DNA from: Phycisphaerae bacterium
GTDB lineage: Bacteria > Planctomycetota > Phycisphaerae > UBA1845 > Fen-1342
DNA: 64,000 bases
Direction: 5' to 3'
Assembly: GCA_050115495.1 (NCBI GenBank)
Contig: JASFQK010000028.1
Span: forward strand, 1 to 64,000
Shown here: positions 9,907-18,110 of the stretch, in pieces
How positions within the stretch are numbered: position 1 is the first letter of the stretch
Layout of the letters: every line of letters starts with the position of its first letter
The notes under the pieces: generated by a model
Databases searched by the model: none
The model's input: the letters and a program-made list of their open reading frames with translations, nothing else
Told to the model about the DNA's origin: nothing
Translations under genes and position numbers: made by a program

Positions 9907-12380
9907 GCGACTTGAAACGCGCGGCAATTCTGTACGCAGCGCACGGCTGGCCCGTGGTCCCGCTGCACTTCGTGAAGGACGGCCGGTGCTCGTGCGGTCG
10001 CGTCGGTTGCGGCAGCCCGGGCAAGCACCCGACGACAAGGCACGGGCTGAAAGATGCGAGCTGGAGCAATGCCCAGCTCGAAGCGTGGTGGGACCGCCAC
10101 CCCGAGGCGAACATCGGCATTCAAACCGGAGCCAGCGCCGGGATTGTCGTTATCGACATAGACCCGCGGCACGGCGGCGATGAAGCGCTTGCCGAGCTGG
10201 TGCGGGAACATGGCGACCTGCCCGCCACGGTCGAAGCGCTGACGGGCGGCGGCGGCCGACACCTGATCTTCAAGCATCCCGGCGGCGCGGTCCGTAACCG
10301 TTCGAACATGCGACCCGGAATCGACGTCCGCGGCGACGGCGGGTACATCGTCGCCCCACCGTCGAATCACGCGAGCGGCGGGCGTTACCGCTGGCGCGAA
10401 GGACACGGCCCGCAGGAAATAACGCCGGCGGAAATGCCCGCGTGGCTGTTGGCGTTGGTCACACGCGGAAACCTGGAAGATGCGAACGCTGACGTGGCCC
10501 CCGTGGCGAAGGGCGCTGCGACCCCGCCGGCGGTGCTCGCAAATGAACGTGCGACGCGTGCGCTGGCGGCGATGCGCGGGCTGCGCGTTGACGACCACAA
10601 GGACGGAAGCCGACGTCTCTTCGCCGCGGCGTCCATCGCGGTGCGCCACGACCTGGCCGACGCTGACGCACTGGCGACGATTCGCGAGTACCTGAACGGT
10701 GCGCCGACGCCGCGGGAATACGGCGACGCGGATATCCTCAAGCGGTTGCAGGATGCCGAATGCACGGGGGCCCGCGGCGAGGCCCTAAATGACAGGCAAG
10801 CCCAACGCACCACCACGGGGGACGCCCCGACGCCGAACTCGCTCCCTCGCGAGCCGTTCCAGCCCTTCCCGGTCGATGCGCTTCCCGACCGCATGCGCGC
10901 CTTCGTCGAAAGCGTGGCCGCGGCGACGGGCACGGACCCGGCCTTCGCCGCAATGGCGGCGCTGGTCGTGGTCGCAGGCTGCATCGGGAATCGCGTCGCG
11001 GTGATCGTGAAATCCGGCTGGATGGAACCGGCGGTGCTATGGGGCGTGCTGGTCGGACGCTCGGGCGCCACGAAGAGCCCTGTGCTCAAGCTCGTGACGC
11101 GCGCACTCATCGACTTGTTCAAGGCCGAGCGCCGCGCCTTCACTGACGCCATGAAGGAATACGTTCGCGAAGTAGAACGGCACAACGTCCGGCTGGCCGA
11201 ATGGAAGAAATCGCAACGCGACGGCCCGCCGACCGATCCGCCCGACCAACCCGAGCCCCCAACGGAACACCGGCTGCTCGTGTCGGATATCACCGTCGAG
11301 AAGCTCGGCGAACTGCTGGAACAGAACCCGCTCGGGCTTCTGCTCGTGCGCGACGAGCTAGCCGCTTGGGTCGGCGCTTTCGACCGCTACGCATCCGGCG
11401 GGAAAGGAAGCGATCAACCGGCGTGGTTGTCCATGTATGATGCGGCCCCCGTCACCATCGACCGCAAGAGCGGCAAGGGAAACTACTTCGTGGAGCGGGC
11501 CGCGGTGAGTGTGCTCGGCAGCATCCAGCCGGGCATCCTGTCACGCATCTTCGGGACGGCCGAGCGCGAAGCGGGGTTGCTCGCGCGCGTGCTCCTGGCG
11601 TATCCGCCCGACAAGACAGCGTTCTGGACCGAAGCGGCCCTGCCCGATGACGTGGCCGCTGATTGGCGGAAGCTGCTCGAAGCGCTGGTGGCCCTGCCCG
11701 CCGCCGTCGATGAGCAAGGCGACCCCCGGCCGCAATTCATCCCGATCGGACAGGAAGCGAAGGCGCTGTGGATTGAATGGCACGACCGCCACGCGCGCGA
11801 GCTGGTGGATATCAGCGATGACGACCTGGCCGCGCACTATGCGAAGCTGAAAGGCGCGTGCGCTCGTATCGCGCTACTGTTCGCGTGCATGGAAGTGGCG
11901 GCCGGCGGCGATGCCGTCGCGCACATCAACGCGGACGCGATGCGGCGGGCTATCGCCGTGGTCGAGTGGTTCAAGAGCGAAGGCCGGCGCGTGTACGCCG
12001 TGCTGGGCGAGAACGAGGAAGAGCGGGTACGTCGCCAGCTCATCGAGTGGATTGAACGCCGGGGCGGCACGGTGACGGTCCGCGAGCTGACTCACAGCTT
12101 GCAGCAATACCGCGGCCGGGCGGATGCAGCGAAGGCCGACCTAGACGCACTGGCGAAGGCGGGCTGCGGCGCGTGGGAACACCCGGCCCCGGGGCCGAAG
12201 GGTGGGCGTCCCTCGCCGCGATTCGTGCTCGCGACCGGCGACACCAACACCGAAACCCCCGCTGACGCGGGCGCGAGCGAAGGTATCGGTAGTGGTGACG
12301 CCCCGAGCGAAGCGGACAAGGCCGGGGCCGCTGACGGAAGCGGGAACGCTGGCGACAACGAAGACTGGGGGGAAGTATGA
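9903..12380 (+). CDS. Bifunctional primase/polymerase (Prim-Pol) fused to a DUF3987/YfjI-like helicase-like domain
   Basis: CSCGRVGCGSPGKHP, ANIGIQTG, VIDIDPRHGG, GGGRHLIF, DVRGDGGYIVAPPS; C-terminal GRSGATKS, DITVEKL, RDEL, GLLARVL. Confidence 0.88.
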   Translation: MSDLKRAAILYAAHGWPVVPLHFVKDGRCSCGRVGCGSPGKHPTTRHGLKDASWSNAQLEAWWDRHPEANIGIQTGASAGIVVIDIDPRHGGDEALAELVREHGDLPATVEALTGGGGRHLIFKHPGGAVRNRSNMRPGIDVRGDGGYIVAPPSNHASGGRYRWREGHGPQEITPAEMPAWLLALVTRGNLEDANADVAPVAKGAATPPAVLANERATRALAAMRGLRVDDHKDGSRRLFAAASIAVRHDLADADALATIREYLNGAPTPREYGDADILKRLQDAECTGARGEALNDRQAQRTTTGDAPTPNSLPREPFQPFPVDALPDRMRAFVESVAAATGTDPAFAAMAALVVVAGCIGNRVAVIVKSGWMEPAVLWGVLVGRSGATKSPVLKLVTRALIDLFKAERRAFTDAMKEYVREVERHNVRLAEWKKSQRDGPPTDPPDQPEPPTEHRLLVSDITVEKLGELLEQNPLGLLLVRDELAAWVGAFDRYASGGKGSDQPAWLSMYDAAPVTIDRKSGKGNYFVERAAVSVLGSIQPGILSRIFGTAEREAGLLARVLLAYPPDKTAFWTEAALPDDVAADWRKLLEALVALPAAVDEQGDPRPQFIPIGQEAKALWIEWHDRHARELVDISDDDLAAHYAKLKGACARIALLFACMEVAAGGDAVAHINADAMRRAIAVVEWFKSEGRRVYAVLGENEEERVRRQLIEWIERRGGTVTVRELTHSLQQYRGRADAAKADLDALAKAGCGAWEHPAPGPKGGRPSPRFVLATGDTNTETPADAGASEGIGSGDAPSEADKAGAADGSGNAGDNEDWGEV

Positions 12381-12739
12381 CGGCAACCCTGGACACGCCG
12401 GCGACCCTGCTCGCCGAGTTGACCGCGTTGGGCATCGAATTGCAGGCCCGCGGGGACCGGCTGCGTTTCCGGCCGCAATCGGCGATGACGGCCGAGCTGG
12501 TCGCGCGCGTTAACACCCACAAGCCCGGGCTGCTGGCGCTGCTCACCGACACCAGAACTCCCGCTGACGACACCGCTACGCCGGGTTTCGGTGGCGGTGT
12601 CGGCGACGTGCTCACGGCCACGAGCTACACCGCGGACGAAGCCCGGATGCTCGCCGACGCCCCGGCCGACCTGCGGGCCGGTGCGAAGCGATGCACCCGG
12701 ACACGGCAGCGCAGTACAGAACGTGGGCGGCGAACGTGA
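12377..12739 (+). CDS. Small hypothetical protein (TubC-N-like docking fold at the N-terminus)
   Basis: LLAELTALGIELQARGDRLRFRPQSAMTAELVARVNTHKPGLLALL; ATGA overlap with the primase gene. Confidence 0.6.
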   Translation: MTATLDTPATLLAELTALGIELQARGDRLRFRPQSAMTAELVARVNTHKPGLLALLTDTRTPADDTATPGFGGGVGDVLTATSYTADEARMLADAPADLRAGAKRCTRTRQRSTERGRRT

Positions 12740-12757
12740 CGAAAGGCGAAGGCAGAC

Positions 12758-12786
12758 TTGCTTAGCGCATGTATCAGCGCTATACT
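12758..12786 (+). promoter_or_regulatory. sigma70-like promoter with overlapping palindromic operator
   Basis: TTGCTT-N17-TATACT; TAGCGC-N8-GCGCTA at 12763-12782. Confidence 0.65.
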
Positions 12787-12801
12787 GTAGATGGGTGTGA
12801 T

Positions 12802-13011
12802 ATGTCATTCAGAGAGACCATCCTTCGAGAAGTCGACCGGCAGGGCTTGAGCGGGTACCGGATCGCCAAGCTGGCAAACATGCCCGCGCGGACGGTGCAG
12901 GCTTACCTGGCCGGGCAATGTGACCTGATGGGCGAGCGCGTGGCCCTAATCGCCGCGGCGCTGGACCTCGAGCTACGGCTGAAACACCGCGGGCGCTCCA
13001 GGAAGGGGTGA
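12802..13011 (+). CDS. XRE/Cro-like HTH regulator
   Basis: GLSGYRIAKLANMPARTVQAYLAG...ERVALIAAALDLEL; ends 3 nt before the integrase start. Confidence 0.8.
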   Translation: MSFRETILREVDRQGLSGYRIAKLANMPARTVQAYLAGQCDLMGERVALIAAALDLELRLKHRGRSRKG

Positions 13012-13014
13012 CGC

Positions 13015-14433
13015 ATGGCCAAGCGGACACGATCAAAGGGCGCCGGAAGCCTGTTCCGGCGTAATGGGCGGGGGCCGTGGCTGGCGTCCTGGTACGACGT
13101 CGCCGGCAAACGGCACGAGCATAGCATGCGGACCACAGACCGGGCCGCGGCCGAGCGGATCCTGAACAAGATCGTCGCCGACGACGCCCTGAGGCGCGCA
13201 GGGGTGATCGACGCGGACGCGGATCGGTACGCAGCCGCCGAGCGCGTACCCCTCGTGGAGCACTTGAACGCGTACAAGAGCAGCCTGTCGGCCAGAAAGT
13301 GCTCGTCGGACTACGTGGCCGAGCGGTACACAAAAGCCGAGCGTATCCTGGAACTCGCCAGCATCGACCGCACATCGGCGCTGACGGCGTCGGCGGTACT
13401 GGTCGCCATACAGAAGATCCGCGAGGACCGCCGGGACGAGAACGATCCTGGGCCATCCCACCGGACGCTGAACAAGTACATCGCCGCGGTCAAGGGTCTC
13501 TCCAAGTGGCTTCGGCAAGAGCGTCTGACGCGGGAACACCAACTCGAAACGCTCGGGCTGTTCAACGAAGAGGCAGACCAGCGCCATGAGCGGCGGGACC
13601 TGTCCGACGCCGAGTTGCGGCTGCTGATCACCACGACGGCTACACGCGACATCTCGGGCAGCATGACTGGTCTCGATCGTTCGACGCTCTACCTGTTGGC
13701 CGCCTCGACGGGCTACCGTCGCGACGAACTGGCCAGCTTGACTCCCGAATCGTTCGACTTGAACGTAAACCCACCAGCAATCGAATGTGCCGCGTCAGCC
13801 ACGAAGTCCCGCCGCGCCGACCGGCAGCCGATCCGGCGCGACCTCATGCCGCGCCTGCGGGATTGGCTGAAGTCGAAGCCCGCAGGTCGACCGGTCTTCG
13901 GAGACATCCCGCAGAACACGGCCCGGACACTCCGCTGGGACCTGAAGGCGGCCGGGATCCCGTACGAAATGGACGGGCGGGTTTTCGATTTCCACGCGCT
14001 CCGGGGAGCGTACATCTCGCGCGTCGAGCGTTCCGGCGCGAGCGTCGAGACCCTGCAGCAGCTTGCCCGACATACGGACGCCCGAATCACTCTGAAGCGG
14101 TACTCCCGCCTGCGCGTCTGCGACGAGACCAAGGCGGTGGAAGTGACCCCCAGTCTCGTGACGCACACGCCCCCTGAGGCGGTGCCTGCTGCCGCTACCG
14201 GTACCTACGACGCCGCCCCCCCGCTATATCCCCGGCAGTTGGGGCGCGAAAACGAGCGACTGGGTGCGACCGGAGGCGACGCAACCGGCCTTGCGAGCGA
14301 AGTGACCGAATCGTGCAGACCCCTGCAAAACGACGTAAAAAACGGCGTCGTGCGCTTGGGTGCGACCTCGCGCGACGAACGCCCCCAACGAGATTCGAAC
14401 TCGTGTCGCCGGCTTGAAAAGCCGGTGTCCTAG
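13015..14433 (+). CDS. Tyrosine recombinase/integrase
   Basis: TGYRRDEL, TKSRR, DFHALR, LARH...TLKRY catalytic residues. The ORF ends inside the antisense tRNA. Confidence 0.93.
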   Translation: MAKRTRSKGAGSLFRRNGRGPWLASWYDVAGKRHEHSMRTTDRAAAERILNKIVADDALRRAGVIDADADRYAAAERVPLVEHLNAYKSSLSARKCSSDYVAERYTKAERILELASIDRTSALTASAVLVAIQKIREDRRDENDPGPSHRTLNKYIAAVKGLSKWLRQERLTREHQLETLGLFNEEADQRHERRDLSDAELRLLITTTATRDISGSMTGLDRSTLYLLAASTGYRRDELASLTPESFDLNVNPPAIECAASATKSRRADRQPIRRDLMPRLRDWLKSKPAGRPVFGDIPQNTARTLRWDLKAAGIPYEMDGRVFDFHALRGAYISRVERSGASVETLQQLARHTDARITLKRYSRLRVCDETKAVEVTPSLVTHTPPEAVPAAATGTYDAAPPLYPRQLGRENERLGATGGDATGLASEVTESCRPLQNDVKNGVVRLGATSRDERPQRDSNSCRRLEKPVS

Positions 14434-14452
14434 GCCTCTAGACGATGGGGGC
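14380..14452 (-). tRNA. tRNA-Glu (anticodon TTC); CCA not encoded
   Basis: GCCCCCATCGTCTAGAGGCCTAGGACA-CCGGC TTTTCAA GCCGG-CGACACGAGTTCGAATCTCGTTGGGGGCG folds as a cloverleaf. Confidence 0.96.
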
Positions 14453-14772
14453 CACGCGGCCTCATGCCGCAGACCCGTCATTGAACGCCACGGCGGCCTC
14501 CGCGTCAACCCCACCTTTGAACGGCTCGCCGCCTGTTCGGCCCAATCCGCCCGGCCCGCGGGCCGCGCGCACCTTCACCCACGGCCGCCCGGCTGTACCG
14601 CCGCCTCCCCCCAGTCCAGCCGCCGAAATGCCCCGGTCCGACCGCCACACCAACCCGTTCCCGCCGCCACCGCCCCTCCGACCTTGCAGTTCGCTCCTGT
14701 CGCCGTATCCTCCCGGAACGCACGCCGTCCGCGAGCGGCGGCCTGCGCGTCCCCTGCCTATGGAGTACAACC

Positions 14773-16131
14773 TTGATCCGCACAACCGCCCGCCTCGCCA
14801 TCGTCGCCGCCCTGCTTTGCCTCACCGCCTGCCAGCAGCCGCACGCCGCCACGCTTGACCGCCTCGTCATCGGCGAGGTCATGACAAGCAGCGAACTGCC
14901 CGAGAACCTCCGCGCCCTCTGCCTCCCCGGCGGACGGCTCAGCGGCACACCCAACGCCCAAACCGCCGTCGAGTTCGTCGCTGACAAGGCCCGCGAATAC
15001 GGCCTGAAAAACGTGCATTGCGAACCATTCACCATGCCCGGTTGGCAGGTCAACCGCACCGTCGTGACCGTTCCTGGCGAGCCCGATCGCGTTCTGGCGG
15101 ATGCTGTCGCCCTTTGGCTCTCGCGTAGCACGCCCGAAGGCGGCTTAACCGCTGAACTCATCGACGTCGGCGACGGCACGCCCGACGACTTCGCCAGCGT
15201 CGGCGACGCCATGCGTGGCCGCTTCGCCCTCGTCCGCGACGGCCACGGCCGCCGATCCGCCAAGATGCTCCTCGCCCGCGAGCACGGCGCCGTCGGCATG
15301 ATCGTCGCCGAACGCCCCGGCCGCGCCCCGATTATCAGCACCTGCCACCGTGAGCCCCGCCCGGAGCCCGCCGTCGTCATCCGCCGTGAGGACGCCGACC
15401 AATTCGCCGAAACCCTCGCCGCCGGCGGGACGGTCCAGCTGAACGTCCAGGTCGACGCCGACTTCTGGGACGGTCACCCAAACAACGTCGTCGCCGAGAT
15501 CCCCGGCCACGGCCCGCTCGCCCACGAGGTCGTCATCCTCAGCGCCCACCTCGACAGCTGGCACCTCGCCGAGGGCGCCATGGACAACGGCGCCGGCTCG
15601 ACCGCGATCCTCGAAGCCGCCCGTGCCCTCGCCGCTGTCGGCTGGCAGCCCCGCCGCACCGTGCGCTTCGCCTGGTTCCAGGGCGAGGAGCAGGGACTTT
15701 GGGGGAGTAAGGCGTACGTTGCTGCCCACGAGCGCGAAATGGCGGATATTGTCGTCGCCGTCAACTCCGACATGCCCGGCTCGCCGCGGCAGTGGCACAC
15801 CTCCGGCGGCCCGTCGGCGAAGACGTTCCTCCAGGCCCTGCGCGGCCGGCTGGCCGGGTACGAGCTCAGCAACGAGGTCGCCACCCTCGGCGGCCAGTGG
15901 AGCGATCACGCCCCCTTCTGCGACGCCGGTGTCTGCACCATGACGCTTGGCGGTGAACTCGGCGAAGGCGTGATTCACTACCACACCGCCGGCGACAAGT
16001 ACGACGTCGTGGACCGCCGCGCCACAGCGGAAGCCGCCGCCGTCCTCGCCGTCCTGATCCGCAACCTGGCCGACGCCCCGGCATCGACGCTGGCCGACTT
16101 CAAGCCGTCGCCGACGACGCAGCCGGAGTAA
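14773..16131 (+). CDS. M28-family aminopeptidase / carboxypeptidase Q-like with PA domain, probable lipoprotein
   Basis: SAHLDSW, GAMDNGAG, GEEQGLWGS, SDHAPF, HYHTAGD; LTAC lipobox-like signal. Confidence 0.9.
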   Translation: MIRTTARLAIVAALLCLTACQQPHAATLDRLVIGEVMTSSELPENLRALCLPGGRLSGTPNAQTAVEFVADKAREYGLKNVHCEPFTMPGWQVNRTVVTVPGEPDRVLADAVALWLSRSTPEGGLTAELIDVGDGTPDDFASVGDAMRGRFALVRDGHGRRSAKMLLAREHGAVGMIVAERPGRAPIISTCHREPRPEPAVVIRREDADQFAETLAAGGTVQLNVQVDADFWDGHPNNVVAEIPGHGPLAHEVVILSAHLDSWHLAEGAMDNGAGSTAILEAARALAAVGWQPRRTVRFAWFQGEEQGLWGSKAYVAAHEREMADIVVAVNSDMPGSPRQWHTSGGPSAKTFLQALRGRLAGYELSNEVATLGGQWSDHAPFCDAGVCTMTLGGELGEGVIHYHTAGDKYDVVDRRATAEAAAVLAVLIRNLADAPASTLADFKPSPTTQPE

Positions 16132-16168
16132 CGCCCCGCTCGCATCGTGCCCCGACTAAGCCGGCGTG

Positions 16169-16984
16169 CTACGCGCAAGCCGGCAACTGAATGAGCTGCC
16201 GCGGACCCTGACGGTCCTGTGCCTCGTCGCCGGGACCGCGGAACTCGACCTCCGCGAAGTAGTACGGCAACAGCAGATCCGGTCCGCCGCAGAACTCGCC
16301 GGCGAAGTAAGCTAACCGCATGCTGACCATCCGCCACGGCTTCCGGGCGCTCCCGCGAGTGTTCAGGCGGTCCGCCAGCCTGCGGTAGACTTCATCCTCG
16401 GCAAACAGCGGCCGCGACTCGAACACGTCCAGCCGCTCCCACACGCCGCGGTGCACCCACATCGGTCCCTTGGCATTCTTGAAGGCCAGTCGCACCCTGG
16501 CACGCGGTCCGGTGACGTGGTACTCGTTCACGCGCACATCGAAGACGATCTCCGTCGCCAGCGGCACCCGCCGGATCTTCCTGGCCTCCTGACCCTCTTC
16601 TACCACGGACTCCCTGCGGATCACGCGGCAATCGAACGACGCCCGGATCTGCTTGTCGGCCGTCGGGCGCGGCAGAAGCTGGAAACGCTTCAGCATCTGC
16701 GTGGTCCAGTCTTCGACGACCTTGTCGCCGGGCACACGGCCTACCGGCGTCACTATGCCCTGCGCGGTGTCGGTGAAGAACAGCAGACCGCCAAACCGTG
16801 AACCGGGCATCGCGTAAGCCAGCGCCCGCTGCTTGTCCTGCACAAACAGCGCCTCGTCGGTCACCACCGGGTCGCCGCGCAGACCGAGCTGCCTGGCAAG
16901 CGCGACAAACTTGTCCTTCTTCATCCGTTCGATGTGCATTCGCAGCACGGGTATTTCGGTCATGGTCGTCCGCTCCGTCATCAA
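16169..16984 (-). CDS. Hypothetical protein, coupled partner of the DUF6345-like gene
   Basis: 271-aa ORF with a 4-nt overlap with the upstream gene's stop. Confidence 0.7.
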   Translation of the reverse strand: MMTERTTMTEIPVLRMHIERMKKDKFVALARQLGLRGDPVVTDEALFVQDKQRALAYAMPGSRFGGLLFFTDTAQGIVTPVGRVPGDKVVEDWTTQMLKRFQLLPRPTADKQIRASFDCRVIRRESVVEEGQEARKIRRVPLATEIVFDVRVNEYHVTGPRARVRLAFKNAKGPMWVHRGVWERLDVFESRPLFAEDEVYRRLADRLNTRGSARKPWRMVSMRLAYFAGEFCGGPDLLLPYYFAEVEFRGPGDEAQDRQGPRQLIQLPACA

Positions 16985-17754
16985 CAGCCGTGGGGAATCC
17001 AGACCCGGTACGTGTGTGGATACGGATCAGCGCTCACGGATCCGCAGCCGTGGATGTAGTCGCCGCCGGGGTACGCGCCGGACTTGCCCGCGTACAACAC
17101 GGCCGCCTCGGCCCAATCCGGCTGAACCATGCTGGTCATCTCGAACCAAGCGTCGATGACCTTCGAGGAAAGTTGCGGCACCATGAAGCCGAACGGCAGT
17201 CCGAAGATCACAGTAGGCCAGCGCCCGTCCAGAAAAGCCGCGAAGTACCGTCCCGGCGTGGTCCGGTCCAGACTCGTGGTCGTGAAGCTGCACATGATGT
17301 GCAGGCCCTCAAACGCCGCTCGCCAGCGGTCGAAGACGTTGTACGTGCTCCCGCCCCTCGCGGCCTCCCATTGCAGCGTGTTGCACACCTCCAGCGCCAA
17401 CCACTCCAGGTTGTTCTTCCCCAGTCGCAGGTCGCCGTTCAGCGCGCCGCTGACGTGATCAGATTCGGCGGTGTCGTCGTCCGGCACGTCGGATCGGAAA
17501 TAGAAGCCCCACGGACTACCATGGCCCGTGAAGTAGCAGATGTCGACCGCGTCGGCCCAGTCGGGAGCATGCCCACCCTTGTCCGTCCGCTTGAAGTCGT
17601 CCTCCCACGCGTTCCCGTCACCCCAGTTGAACGCGCCGATCCAACCCGCGTGCTGGACCAACTCGTCGAAAAAGCCGCCGGCATCCTCATGTTCGTGCGA
17701 TAGCTGCGGCAGCCAGTCGTAGTTGTTCACCCACTCGACGCCAACCGAGGGCAT
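16981..17754 (-). CDS. DUF6345-like protein with a caspase/gingipain-like His-Cys pattern
   Basis: VGVEWVNNY, AWEDDFK, DAVDICYFTGHG, LEWLALEVCNTL, AFEGLHIMCSF; RBS AGGAGG. Confidence 0.7.
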   Translation of the reverse strand: MPSVGVEWVNNYDWLPQLSHEHEDAGGFFDELVQHAGWIGAFNWGDGNAWEDDFKRTDKGGHAPDWADAVDICYFTGHGSPWGFYFRSDVPDDDTAESDHVSGALNGDLRLGKNNLEWLALEVCNTLQWEAARGGSTYNVFDRWRAAFEGLHIMCSFTTTSLDRTTPGRYFAAFLDGRWPTVIFGLPFGFMVPQLSSKVIDAWFEMTSMVQPDWAEAAVLYAGKSGAYPGGDYIHGCGSVSADPYPHTYRVWIPHGC

Positions 17755-18110
17755 GTCTACACCTCCTGGGACAAACAGTCAGAGACAGACCGGCGTGTTT
17801 CGGCCCTTTCCGTCAACTACAACAAAGACGCGCCAACAGATGTGATACAGAATTGCAGTTCGTGATAGTATAGGACCATCCCCAGCCCAAAGGCAACATG
17901 CGCTCGCCCGAAACGCGCGAAACGCTGGCGCAGCGTAACGACTACAGCGACATGACGCGCTGCAAGAGGGCGAGAGCGCCGCCGGCCACCGGGTGATCGT
18001 CGGTTCGGTAGGCTACGCCTCTGCAATAAAGGAGTGGTCCGCGCGCCGCCACGGCCGACAGCCGGCCGGCTGATAGCCACCGTTGCCAGAAGCCGGCGCG
18101 CTGGGAGACG

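Larger units (their letters stand above)
8070..14379 (+). mobile_element. Phage-satellite-like integrative element at the 3' end of tRNA-Glu(TTC); left boundary undefined
   Basis: Co-oriented HTH/Xis-like genes, Prim-Pol/DUF3987, XRE HTH and tyrosine integrase abutting a tRNA; no capsid or tail genes. Confidence 0.8.

Noticed and set aside
1..14379. attL/attR duplicate of the tRNA-Glu(TTC) 3' end
   Set aside because: No convincing copy was found by eye within the window.
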